Source: Sphaerodactylus townsendi (taxonomy: Eukaryota). Taken from it: a stretch of DNA of 64,000 nucleotides. The notes under the pieces are model-generated. The model ran no database searches, was not told the origin of the DNA, and worked only from the letters and a program-made list of their open reading frames with translations. This document shows, in pieces, positions 50,690 to 62,650 of this stretch. How positions within the stretch are numbered: the stretch's first letter is position 1; every line of letters begins with the position of its first letter. The translations under genes and the position numbers were made by a program. Location: NCBI RefSeq assembly GCF_021028975.2, contig NC_059434.1:24800001-24864000 (forward strand). Reading direction: 5' to 3'.

Positions 50690-52837
50690 AGAATCCTCTA
50701 TATGCTGCCAATAACTTGGAATCCCTGAAAATCTAGACAAGGAAACACGTACAGATGTTTCCATATGTAAGCCATGTAGACATTACAGTAAATTAATAGA
50801 GAGCTCAGAACTCGATGGGCACAGTTGTCCAGTCCTGCCCTGCATTGTACCCAGTTTTCTGAACATAAGCCATCTCTGTATTCTCTGTATCTTAGAACTT
50901 TATATCTTAAAATTAGGAGAACTTTACCTTGGGAGTGGTGGGGAGGGGACATACTTCAGTCAGAACTGTACGGGAGGAAAATGGCACCTGGGGCAACACC
51001 TACCCTGGGAGCCCACCCCCTGCGCGCACACACACATACACACGCCTCACTTACCTTAGGAGCAGCCTGGCGGAGCTGGGCTAAGGGGTAGCCCACAGCA
51101 GGCATCCCTCACGTGATCCAATGGGGAGCGCCTGGGGTCAACTGACCCCCCATGTCCCTCTGGCAGATACACCACTGACTTCAGCCATGGCTGCTTTTAG
51201 AAGGCTGGGAGATCAACTCCCTGTTACTACATTCCTCTGAAGAGTGAAGCCACTGTCACTGATGTTTCTTGTTTGAACATAAGAAGTGTAAATGTCAGTA
51301 TTTCTCAGTTGAAAGATGGCTGAAGAGTAATTAGGCATATAAAAGTGTGACGTTTAGAAAGCTGCCCACTTTAGAGAAGGAGTCAGAGGAGAAGGGGTAT
51401 GCAGAAGTTCAGGTAAATGAAGTTGAAATATAATTAGAGGCCCCTGGATCCTGTTGATAGGCATCTGTGTTGTTACACGGTGTGTCAGATGTCAAGGTGC
51501 TGCTCAACTGGCTTCAAAAGACCACACCAATTAGTGCCTTTAAAGCTCTTGGGTTGTTGTAGGGATGTTTCCCCCTTCCACTTTCCTTCTGCTGCTTCTT
51601 TTGACCTGAGAAAAGGCATTATTAGGCTCAGGGGACCCACACAGAGAAAAAATCACAAGGGGACTGTTACCTAGCTTAACAGTTATGAATATATTTTTCA
51701 AAATAGCAATGGGGAATTACTCAGCTTGGCAGTGCGAGAGGCAGGCTAGGTGGGATATTTTAGACAACTATACCAGAATTGGCTTTTGAAACGTTCTACA
51801 GAGAAGGCAAAAAGAGACCAAATTGTAGTTTAAATATTTTGATATTTTGATATAAATTTTGGTTGCAAGCAATCATACAGTGAGACGTTAAGGCTCATAC
51901 ACACAGTTCCTAAGTATATAAACAGGGAGGAAAAGATAGGTTTTGGATGATAGAATAGGAGGGGAAGCAGGGGACTTATATGTTACCTAAATTCAGCTGA
52001 AGAAGTTCTTGAAGAAGGCAAGGATCTCTATGCCAGCATAGGAATCCAAGCGAAGGACGATATATCGCGTCTCAAACCAATGTGACCAAGAGAGGTTCAG
52101 GCTAGTATTGCGCACTGAGGCTTGGGAGTGCAGTATTTTTATACCTCCTTGCTCAGGTAAGGCGGGAAATTCAAACTTAGGTGTCGTTTCTCTGCAACTG
52201 CTTGGGGTTTCCTTGCTGGACTTACGGGTTTGAGCTAATTAGCAGCTCTATCTATTGTTTCTACTTCCCGGGACAATAATGCCAATTGGTCCTAGATCAC
52301 ATCAGTGAAATCTTGAATGGTTTATGCAGAGGTACTTCCTAAAGTCTCTGCCCAGAGTATTCAAATTTGGCTGAGGCTTGAGTGAATCAGGAAGGGATAG
52401 TTTTGTTAGGGAGAAAATACAAAGAGATACAACAATCTCAGGACAGGATGTTCCTGTACTATTTGCATATCTGCAACCGTGGCAAGGTGTGGTGTCCAGG
52501 AGTTCTACAGATTCCATTATGTAAACAGAGTGCTCTGGCAGGGTGTGATAATCAAGATGCATGTCCTTGTTTCATAATGTCCAGATTGTATCACTGGAGT
52601 AACTCATAGATCTAATCTTTGCAAACAGACTGTTTTGCCTTAGGCTTGCTTTCAGCTTGGACACTCTTCTGTCCACCCATACAAACATGGAAACTGGCAT
52701 TTTATAACACACACAGTGTAGGAAATAATATGAAAATCCAATATTTCATAAGGCAGGGGATAAAGGGCAGGGTTACAGTACAGAAGGAGAAACTATTGTG
52801 ATCACCCCTCCTCATTTCATCAGTAGATCACCTAGGA

Positions 52838-52974
52838 CCATGGTGGCGAACCTTTGGCACTCCAGATGTTAAGGACTACAATTCCCATCAGCCCCTGCCA
52901 GCATGGCCAATTGGCAGGGGCTGATGGGAATTGCAGTCCATAACATCTGGAGTGCCAAAGGTTCGCCACCACTG
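52838..52974. mobile_element. Palindromic hAT MITE (same subfamily as 14019)
   Basis: Perfect TSD ACCTAGGA. Confidence 0.9.
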
Positions 52975-53839
52975 ACCTAGGACATACAACCCAGTTGCTT
53001 CTAGAAATTCAGTTTCCATCATTCCTTCCAGAAGCTTGATCGTGCCAAAGCATCGCTACTGTGCTCACTATAAGCTTATTTTTTATTGCTAAAAATGCTT
53101 CCAATCCCTCTTTCTAGCCCAAATTGAACAGCTGAACATTCATGTTTGGCTTATGGTTGGCTGCAGATTGGAACTATCTGCCTTTCTTTTATCTGTTTTT
53201 TCCATGCAGTTACTTCAGGGTACATAATTTCCATCCCATTTCAATTTTTAAATTTTTAAAAAATGTTCTTGCAAAATTCAATTTTTGTACTACAAAATCC
53301 AGTTATCAAATTACAGAACATATAAGGACTGTGCATTATAAAGAAACAGTCTGGGCAAACCCATCAGAAAGCTTACACCAGCAACAACCTCCTTAGCCGG
53401 GCACATCTACAGGACCTTGTCAAACAGGTTGACATTGCAGATACGCTCGGAATCACCACCCAAGTCTTACAAAAGATGGAAAGATAACAAGGAAAAGAAA
53501 CGCCAACTGAATAAAAACAACAACACTTGTTAAAACATCTCAACACATTATTAATTTGTTTGATATCACAGCTGCCAGTTCTTTAGCTGATTGTTGGCCT
53601 TTCATTACAATTCGAGCCTCACCCAGAGGGCTAGGAAGTTGTAATGCATCAGTGTAGTATTCATGTGGATCCCAGCAGGATTGCCTTCTGAATCTGATAG
53701 ATGTTAATTTTGTCAATTTGAAGATGGCTTCAATTTCAGCCTGCGCTGTTGTAACCATACAACCACAGCCTGCAGACACTGGACCAAAATATCCGGGGCA
53801 GCAGCTGGCTGGCCATCTATCAACAGAAAAAGTTGGGTG

Positions 53840-54415
53840 TCATCCGCATATTGATGGCTAACCAGCCCAAAGCTCCGGACCAGCTGTGCCAGGGGTCACA
53901 TACAGAAGTTAAATAATATCAGGAACAGGATTGCCCCCTGCAGCACCCCACAAATAAGGGAGTTCCACTGGGACGTTCTCTCCCCTAGTGTCACCTGCTG
54001 TCCCCACTCCTGGAGAAACAAAACCAGCCAGCTCAAGGCTGTTCCCCGCACACCAGCAACTATGAGGCGGCTGGCCAAAAAATCATAATCGATCAAGTCA
54101 AATGCTGCAGTGAGGTCTAAAAGCACCAGCAGTGCTGACCTACCTCAATCCATCTGTCGACGGAGCTCATCTGCAGTGGCGACCTGCATGGTCTCCATCC
54201 CATGGTGAGAACAGAAGCCAAATTGGAATGGATCCAGGGCTAAAAGGGCATCCAAGAATACCTCCACTTGTTGTCTGACCACTCTCTCAACTATCTAGAA
54301 ACAATAGATTCAATACTGGGTGTAGTTGGATGGATCCAGAGATGGTTTCTTAAGAGCAGTCATACCACCACCTCCATTAGCCTTCCTGGGAAATTTTCCT
54401 GCTGGAGGGACTATC
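53840..54415 (-). mobile_element. L2-type LINE RT fragment
   Basis: LLDLTAAFDLID...GVRGTALSW...GVLQGAILFLILFN. Confidence 0.85.
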
Positions 54416-54541
54416 CCTAAGGTATATATTTAGATATTCCTAAGATATATTCAGATAGATTTCAGAAAGGAATACATTGACATATTCTTTTAAACATTAA
54501 CATCTAGATTTGCTCAGCTGGTAAATATGGCTCTCCTAGCA

Positions 54542-54666
54542 CAGGGGTCTGCAACCTGTGGCTCTCCAGATGTTCATGGACTACAATTCCCATTAGCCAT
54601 GCTGGCAGGGGTTGATGGGAATTGTAGTCCATGAACATCTGGAGAGCCACAGATTGCAGACCCCTG
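54542..54666. mobile_element. Palindromic hAT MITE (same subfamily as 49817)
   Basis: Perfect TSD TCCTAGCA. Confidence 0.9.
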
Positions 54667-54913
54667 TCCTAGCACAATATCTATAGAACCAGACATACTC
54701 CTTTTGGACTAGCCAAACTCAAATCCCACCATCATTTGCTAATCAGCCGGTATACAGAAAGCAAAATGGCCTCTTTGAACATAGAGTTTTTGGCCAGAAT
54801 GTTACAGATTCCCTGAGCAGCAACAAGGAATGACAAAAGGCAGGAACATATCCCAGTGCAAATTTAAAGCTAAACACAAAACAAACTTGACTACCATTAC
54901 TTTTTCATTTCAG

Positions 54914-55097
54914 AGTAATCAGATTAAACTCATGGAAGACGTAAAGATATCAAAGAAGAGTAAAGTTGGTATTCTTCCCTTTGTGGCTGAATTTGAAGAA
55001 TTTGCAGCACTTGCTGAATCGATTTTCAAAAATGCAGAGCGACGAGGAGATCTAGATAAAGCCTACTTAAAACTTATCAGAGGCGTTTTCACGAATG
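54914..55097 (+). CDS. EXOC1: EXOC1 exon
   Basis: [61 protein letters not shown]. Confidence 0.97.
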
Positions 55098-55687
55098 GTA
55101 AGCTCCATTTGATGGTTAGAAATTCAGTGTTTTTCTTTGTGATAAAGCCAGCTTCTCATTTTGATGAAGAAGTGGACTAAATCAGTCAACAATAAAACAG
55201 GTGTAACTTTTACCTGTTAGTTGTGTATTCAGATTGTGGTGTTGTAACTATAGCATGGTGTTTATATACCAGTAATCGTTTATTAGTTATCTGGATGCTA
55301 ATTCAGGATGCTGTCTTGTCAGCAGACAGCATAATAATGAGTATTATGGCAGGTCATTAAGCATAAAAGTTTAAGCATCGATCCAACATTTTAAACAAGC
55401 TTAACTTGTTCGTTTATACAGCTTAATTAAAAGTGCTTAATTGTTTGGAGAGTTGCCTTTATTTTTAGGTGTTCATCAGTGCAATTGCAGTACTTCTCTG
55501 GATACTTTTTAATTGGTTCTGTTGTATCCACCTCAGAAATCTGTAGTTTCTGATTTTAAAATCACATGCGCATCCTGTCCTGACTTCAGCCATTCCTGCA
55601 AAGTATATTTAGTTTATGTGATCAGAGACATGCATAGATAACTTTCAAGCTGTTTTGTAAGTTGGCTCTTGTGATTGTCTCTTTCAG

Positions 55688-55887
55688 TGGAAAAAGTAGC
55701 AAATGAAAGCCAGAAGACACCTCGGGACGTGGTCATGATGGAAAATTTCCACCATATCTTTGCGACACTGTCTCGGTTGAAGATCTCGTGTCTGGAAGCT
55801 GAGAAAAAGGAAGCGAAGCAGAAGTACACCGATCACCTGCAGTGTTACGTCATCTATTCTTTGGGACAGCCGCTTGAAAAATTAAAT
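55688..55887 (+). CDS. EXOC1: EXOC1 exon
   Basis: [67 protein letters not shown]. Confidence 0.97.
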
Positions 55888-55956
55888 GTAAAACCCTCCT
55901 GTTCTATAGCTTTGTTTGGATGCTCAGTCAGATTTGCTAATCAACTATAGCATGAG

Positions 55957-56178
55957 TGTTGTGGGTTTTCCAGGTTGTATGGCTGTGTTCCAGTAGCATT
56001 TTCTCCTGACGTTTCGCCTGCAGCTGTGGCTGGCATCTTCAGAGGATCGGATCCTCTGAAAATGCCACCCACAGGTGCAGGCGAAACATATAGGGAAAAT
56101 GCTCCTGGAACCAGGCCATATAACTCGGAAAAGCCACAACTCTCTAGTGATTCTGTCTGTGAAAGCCTTCAACAATAC
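55957..56178. mobile_element. Penelope-like inverted element end
   Basis: Same family as the 24196 and 35369 copies. Confidence 0.8.
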
Positions 56179-56727
56179 TATAATGTGCTTTGTGAACATT
56201 TTCCTAATCTTTGTTATATACAAACACACCAAGTGGAAACAGGGGAGGTGGCCTATCTTCCCTCAGCAAAACAACAGCAGTAGCCACCACCAAGTGCTGC
56301 CTGCCTTTTTCACGTATTGTTAGGTAGCCTGTTAATTTTGTTCTTGCAGCCCTAGGGCACTGTCTGAATTGTTTTCTAATTACTGATTTAATTGTGCAAG
56401 CTTATCTCATAATGAAGTATTTGAGGGGGAAGGATTTTGTGACCTTTGTGAATGGCTTCTCTTCAAAGTACTGTGGAAGAAAGGCATAATATAAAGTCTG
56501 CAGTGATATGAACATAGACCAGATTCACAGCTGCTCTTAGGTTGTCTCCACTGCTCTATTTATATTCTGTAGTCTGTTTTCTCTGTTTGCATTTTTATTG
56601 ATCTCTCTCCTACTTTCTCTTTCTATTCTTACTGATTCCTTCTTTCTCTCCTCTGCTCTTTGGGGCAAGAATAGTGGGAGTCAAACCTGAGCACTTGTTT
56701 GAGAATGTGAATGTTATTTCATTTCAG

Positions 56728-56922
56728 CATTTCTTTGAGGGTGTTGAAGCTCGTGTGGCACAAGGGGTGAGAGAGGAGGAAGTGAGCTACCAGTTGGCCT
56801 TCAATAAGCAAGAGCTAAGAAAAGTTATAAAGGAGTATCCTGGAAAAGAAGTGAAAAAGGGATTGGACAATCTCTACAAGAAGGTGGATAAACATCTGTG
56901 TGAAGAGGAGAACCTACTCCAG
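56728..56922 (+). CDS. EXOC1: EXOC1 exon
   Basis: [65 protein letters not shown]. Confidence 0.97.
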
Positions 56923-57523
56923 GTACATGCAAAGAATGGCTGAATACGATGGAGGGAACAAATCTCTTGATCACCTGGCTAATCTTGCATTCACTTGCTG
57001 TGCATATATCTTTTCTATTGCTTTACTTTAGTCAAACCCAGAATGTCAGATGAACGAGGCAGGAGAATGCCTGGCCTTGGGTCAATGGGATATATGGGTT
57101 ACCGATCAATATCCAGATTGGTCAGATACTTGAGAGTGCATATCGTGGGGGATTTGAGAGAGGGATGTATTTGAAGAATGGTCCCTTTTGGGTCACTCCA
57201 CTTCGCACACCCTTACAGTTAATTGTTTGTTCAGCTGTGACCCCCTTCCACAGCTGGGGCTGAATCTTCTGTCCGGTGTTGTGTGCTGCCATGCCAGCAG
57301 ATTTGCCCTTCCCAGGACATTTATCCCAGAGGAGGAACAATCTTGCTGGCATGTTGTGCCCCCCTCCCCCCAGTGCTGGGATGTGATGCTGAATGCAGCA
57401 CCAGTGTCCCAGGACCCAGCATAGCTGGTGTGGGTGGGGGCGTGGACAGGGGAGGAGCCAATCTTAGTTGGCTCCTCCCCTGGCCACGCCCCCACCCGCT
57501 ATTTGCTGGGCCCCCAGCAAAAC

Positions 57524-57820
57524 AGAGAAGAAGAAGAGTTGGATTTATATCCCCCCTTTCTCTCCTATAGGAGACTCAAAGGAGCTTACAAACTCCTTAC
57601 CCTTCCCCCCTCACAAAAAAACACCCTGTGAGGTGGGTGGGGCTGAGGGAGCTCAGAAGAACTGTGACTAGCCCAAGGTCACCCAGTTAGCATGCGTTGG
57701 AATGTACAGGCTAATCTGAATTCCCCAGATAAGTCTCCACATCTCTGGCAGCAGAGCGGGAAATCAAACTCGGTTCTTCCAGATTAGAGTGCGCCTGCTC
57801 TTAACCACTACGCCACTGCT
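57524..57820 (-). mobile_element. SINE (same family)
   Basis: Similar to the 574-880 copy. Confidence 0.85.
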
Positions 57821-58176
57821 GTTGGCCACTCACATGCTTGAATACCTTCTCCAATTGAATGTTCCCTTTACATAGACTATTTGATGGTGGAAAGTGAGAG
57901 ATTCCCTGATGTGCAATCTGAGCCCCCACACAGACCATTCATGGCTTTCTGGGCAAGGAGTAGGCTTTGATGATATGACACTGGGACTTATACTGTGGTA
58001 AATTCAATAGTCATTGAGACTTTATTTTTGTTGGGAGCTGCCTCCATGTCCTTAGAAACTACTTTGTGTTCCTCCATCCAAGGCTGGGGCAGAGTTTCTA
58101 CCCCCAATATTGAAGTTAACAAGAAGGGTTCTGCAAAGGTTTGAATTGGAAGCCTGCATAACATTATTGAATGTTT

Positions 58177-58180
<4 letters not shown>

Positions 58181-58210
<30 letters not shown>
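58181..58210. repeat. (CT)15 forming the polypyrimidine tract of the last EXOC1 acceptor
   Basis: Directly visible just upstream of TTGGCAG. Confidence 0.95.
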
Positions 58211-58213
<3 letters not shown>

Positions 58214-58217
58214 GCAG

Positions 58218-58370
58218 GTGGTGTGGCATTTGATGCAAGATGAGTTCATTCGCCAGTACAAGCACTTTGAAGGCTTAATAGCACGTTGTTATCCTGGATC
58301 TGGAATTACGATGGAATTCACTATCCAGGACATTCTAGACTACTTTTCTAGTATTGCACAGTCTCATTAA
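58218..58370 (+). CDS. EXOC1: EXOC1 last coding exon
   Basis: [50 protein letters not shown]; core exons sum to 2688 nt = 895 aa. Confidence 0.97.
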   Translation: MVWHLMQDEFIRQYKHFEGLIARCYPGSGITMEFTIQDILDYFSSIAQSH

Positions 58371-58771
58371 TTTCTGCACAGGAGTAAAGCAAGATAAGCT
58401 GCCAAATTTGCAGGAAAGGATGTGTTTTGAGAGATGCAGTTAAGGGTTCCCTGAATCCTCCTGGTGCCATCAACAGGTTGCTCAAGGAGAAGTGTTGATG
58501 GCTTACAGGATAAAAACAGTGTTAAAAGAGACATTTTCTCACACAGCTTAATTCATGCATAAGACTGATTTTGCATTTTGACCATTATGTATATTTATAA
58601 AACGTTAGCCGTCAAACTCACCTACTTTCCTCTATATGTTGTAGAGCTCCTAGAGAATATCAACATTTTGATAAATTTCTTTCTGTGTTTCAAAGTTTAA
58701 TATATGGTTCCATTGGACATCCAAATTCACACCATTAAGAACGAATGTACATGTAAGTCTTTCTGATCTTA

Positions 58772-58777
58772 AATAAA
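58772..58777 (+). terminator. EXOC1: Likely EXOC1 polyadenylation signal
   Basis: AATAAA ~400 nt after the stop, preceded by TGTA motifs and followed by T/G-rich sequence. Confidence 0.65.
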
Positions 58778-60499
58778 CTGTACACCAAGGAATTGCTTCG
58801 TTTCCTGAGGAAATGTTTTTAGCTATAGCAGATCATAGCAGAATGGGAAGATTGTCAGCCAGTTCTCCAATTAAGCATCCAGAGAAAGCGAGAAACTAAC
58901 TTGAGTTGTCCTCCCTAATGGGAATCCAAAATGGCTGTCAACATCATCCCTCCCTATTTTATCCTTACAACAACTCAGTGAAGTGAGTTAGGCTTCCAGT
59001 CACCCCAGCAAGCTTCCATGGCAAAGCGGGGATTTGAACTAGGGTCTTTCAGAACCTAGTCCAGCACTTTAACAGCTACTCTATATTGTATCAGTGAACA
59101 AACACTAATGGCATACTGCCCAGGAGAATATATGGGGCAGCAGCCATTAGTCACCCCTCCCCGGGTCCATTCACTGACTTGTTTGGTGAATTTTCCTAGA
59201 GACGCCTCTGACAAACACACAGTTGACATTTTCCACAACAACACTAACATTTCAAAATTAATGAACACAACTTTAAATGTATGTCATTTTTCCCCTTATG
59301 AAGGAAACAGCAAGGCTCTGGAAGAACTCCTGCTCCAATTATTCCAATAGTCCAAAACAAAGGAATTGTTAAAAGATGGTTTGTGTGGTTTGTGCATGAT
59401 TGGAGATGAGTGTGAAAGAGCCTGTTCTGTTGCAGGAAGGCTCCAAATTTGGCTGAACGACCACTCACAGTGGCCCAGTTGAATTACTGTGTTTTTGTGG
59501 GAGACATATACAGCCTCAGTTGCATATGTACATTCTCAGAGGGCAGCACTGATTCCAGAGGATGTTGCTGTGTTAGTCTGTTGCAGCAACAGAACAAAAC
59601 CTTGTGACATGTTAAAAGATTAACACACTTTAAATCCATTGTAAGTTTTTATTGACTAGAGCCCAGAGCCCACATCTCGAGATGCTTACGTAGGGGAGCC
59701 ATGATTGCAAACCCCCTTTAAATTTTGTCACATTCTATCGTCACCTTTCCTTTATTGGCATAATAAAATGGAACACCTAGAAAGGAAAAATAAAGCGGAT
59801 AAAACAAGCAAACAGAAACCATCAGCAATTTTTTTTGTCACATTTGAACTGCTGAAGAGTACCAGAAAACTGCTTTGTGTCATTTTGGTTGCCCCTAATG
59901 AAAAGGCATTATGTGGGTTATGTTAATTTACTTCATTTGTATCCCATTTTCTTCTCCATTTTATCTTCAGAACAAACCCGTGGAGTGTGACTGGCCCAAG
60001 GTTCCCCAGCAACCTTCTGTGGCAGAGTGGGGATTCAAACTCCTAGTCCAGCACTCTGACCAGAACACCCCTCTAGCTTTGGATTTTGCTTTTGGGCCAA
60101 CATGGCTGTAACAGTGTTGCCAGCCTCCAGGTGGTGACTGGAGATTTCTGGAGATTACAATTGATTTTCAGGCAACAAAGATCAATTTCACTGGAGCAGG
60201 TGGACTCTATCACATTGTAGCTCGGTGACATTGTAGCTCCCAGACTCCATCCCCCAAATGTGAGCTGTAAACAATATTCTCCATTGCAAAGCTGTGACCC
60301 AAAGTTGTGTTTCAGTCAGAACAGGGCAGACTGACTATTAACTTTGCTGGGAATCCCAAGAGCAGCACAGCCACCGTGGCACCCCTTCTGTTTTTAGCCC
60401 TTCCCCCCATTGTGCCAAGGCCAGCAAAGGAGACCATGGGATTGCAACAATACAAGTTGCACCCTCCAGATTCCACGTTCTGCAGCAACCAGAGAAAAA

Positions 60500-61100
60500 A
60501 ACCTCCGTCAAGGCGTGCGCGCGCAACTCTGCTCACATCTGATTGGTGGAGTAGAAGCAGTTCCCACGAGCCGCCATCAGGAGCCGCTGCGTCTGCGCAA
60601 GCTTTGCTTAGCGCTGTGGTCGGTTGCTTCCGAACGCTCGCGGTTGCCGGAGCGACACCACGCCCGGGCGGAAGTAGCCGACGCTCGGCGCGCGCCATTT
60701 TCAAACGGCTTGCTGTGCTCTTCCGCTATCTTGCTAGGCTTTGGAGGGCGGATGACGCGGGGTGAAATAGGAGGGCCGTGGCCCAGTAGGTCTGCTCCCG
60801 TTTGTGGTGAGTAACCCATCTGCTTGTTGCTTCAGGAATGGGGTACGAAGAGGCATGGGGAAGACGCCGAAGGACGGCTGAGATTAGAGGCCTGGTTTCC
60901 ATGGCGATAGTGATGCTGTTGGGGCGATGACGTCACTCTGGAGCGACCCACCCTCAGCAGTCAGGCTTCGATCTCGGCCGCCTGTAGATTGGAGCGCGCT
61001 GGAGTCGATTTCACTCCGCAGCTGCCCGTCCAGGTCCTTTACTGGCCCTACTCGCCGCTCCCACTGTTATGCCCCCTCCCTTGACACGGCGGAAGGATTG
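60500..61100 (+). promoter_or_regulatory. CEP135: CEP135 CpG-island promoter and non-coding exon 1 (donor after 60806)
   Basis: Inverted CCAAT (GATTGG at 60541 and 60987), CGGAAGT ETS site, CGCCATTTT YY1 overlapping a TTCAAA CHR-like element (~60693-60705), X-box GTTTCCATGGCGAT 60895-60908, CRE TGACGTCA 60928-60935, GTG|GTGAGT donor. Confidence 0.8.
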
Positions 61101-61352
61101 CATCCTTCATCCTCCTCCCATTCCTCGCTGTGCAGCTGCTTTGCTTGATATTCAGCTCACTGCGTTTGTTCCTCCCTGAGCTTCCTTAGTGTTGCCATGC
61201 CAAGTAATAGTGGAATTTCTAAGCCGAGGGATGCCTTGGTTTGGGGCGCAACCCAAACGCTTCCAGAGGGGCAGCCATGTTGGTCTGTAACAGCAAAATA
61301 AAACAGGAGCCCAGTGAGTAGGGTTGCCAAAACCAGCTGGAGAAATTGGTAG

Positions 61353-61530
61353 AATCATAAAGTTGGAGGAGACCACAAGGGCCATTGAGTCTAATCTTCT
61401 GCCATGCAGGAATATGCCATCGAAGCACTCCTAACAGATGGCCATCCAGCCTCTGTTTAAAAACCTCCAAAGAAGAAGGCTCCACCACCCTCTGAAGCAG
61501 CGCCTTGCACTATGGAACAGCCCTTACTGT
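61353..61530 (-). mobile_element. CR1 3' fragment
   Basis: VEPSSLEVFKQRLDGHL on the minus strand. Confidence 0.8.
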
Positions 61531-62543
61531 TCTCGAGGAGGGGAACTGCAGCAGGAGTGCAGTGTCATAGAGTCCATTCTGCAAAGCTTCCCTTTCCTCT
61601 AGGAGAGCTATTCTCTGTGGCCTGGAAAACATCTGTAATTCAGAGGTCTCCAGACCCTGCCTGGAGATTGGCTATTCAGATTGGCTGTTTAAGAGACTTA
61701 TGCGTTTTAGCCCATCTTATGAAGCAAGTTTTGACTTGTAAAAACCTATGCTGGAATATTTTTGTTACTTCTAAAGGTACTGCTGGATTCCTGTCTTATT
61801 TTGCTTAGATTGGTGGCTTCTGCACAGCACACTAATAACATGTGTAACATGTTATTAAATTAACCCAGTGTTCGTCTTTGCACTGGAGATTTCACCCCTC
61901 TAGGAAACGATTGCAAACAGTCTACATTGCTGTGGCACCTTTGGTTCCTCCAAAAAGATTGCTAGTGTAGCGATTTTTGTAAAAACTTGGGTTGAAGGAA
62001 ATATAACAGGCTGAATCTGTTTTGGGGAAGGGTCCTGTGTGTAGTTCTTCTCCAAAATGGAATAAATAGATTCTTCAGCCTGTAATATTTGGGCTGTGCA
62101 GAAACCACCATTATGATGCTTTTGTAACTGTTTGGCCACATCTGTCATCTCCTGGCATCTATTTAATACATGCAGTGTATTATGTATAGAAGCCACTAGT
62201 CTGCGTTGTGTTGGCATCCACTACTGTAGTTGCCTGACCGCCTCTTACATGATGTCTAGTAACTTTGGAACTTGACCAAATTAGGTGTTCCTTAACTTGG
62301 TATGAGAAGAAGTGAGTTTCCAACTGGCATCATCTTATGCTGCTTGCGTTCTCTCTGGTTGAAAAGTAATGTCAGAATTGGTAGGATAACTTGTCGTCCT
62401 GTATTCCCCAGACGGGACTTGTCAAGAAAATAATGGGCTTGCATTTAACACGCTTGTGTAACATGTTGTCAGTTACAAGTCTTTCTTTTTAATTGTTTCA
62501 GATCCCTACTTTTAATAAACTTTATGTAAAGACAACCTCTACA

Positions 62544-62650
62544 ATGGCTGCAGAGCGAAAATTCATTAATCTAAGGAAGCGATTGGATCAGCTGGGCTAT
62601 CGACAGCCTCTGGGAGTGGAGAGTTTACCTTTGGTGGAAAAGTTGTTTAG
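62544..62650 (+). CDS. CEP135: Centrosomal protein 135, first coding exon (acceptor at 62502); gene continues beyond the window
   Basis: MAAERKFINLRKRLDQLGYRQPLGVESLPLVEKLF matches the recalled CEP135 N-terminus; EXOC1-CEP135 synteny. Confidence 0.95.

Noticed and set aside
51981-52708. Possible solo LTR (TGTTA...TAACA)
   Set aside because: No matching target-site duplication or second copy; too weak to call.
60307-60819. ORFs of 130-152 aa over the CEP135 promoter
   Set aside because: Expected stop-codon scarcity in GC-rich CpG-island sequence.
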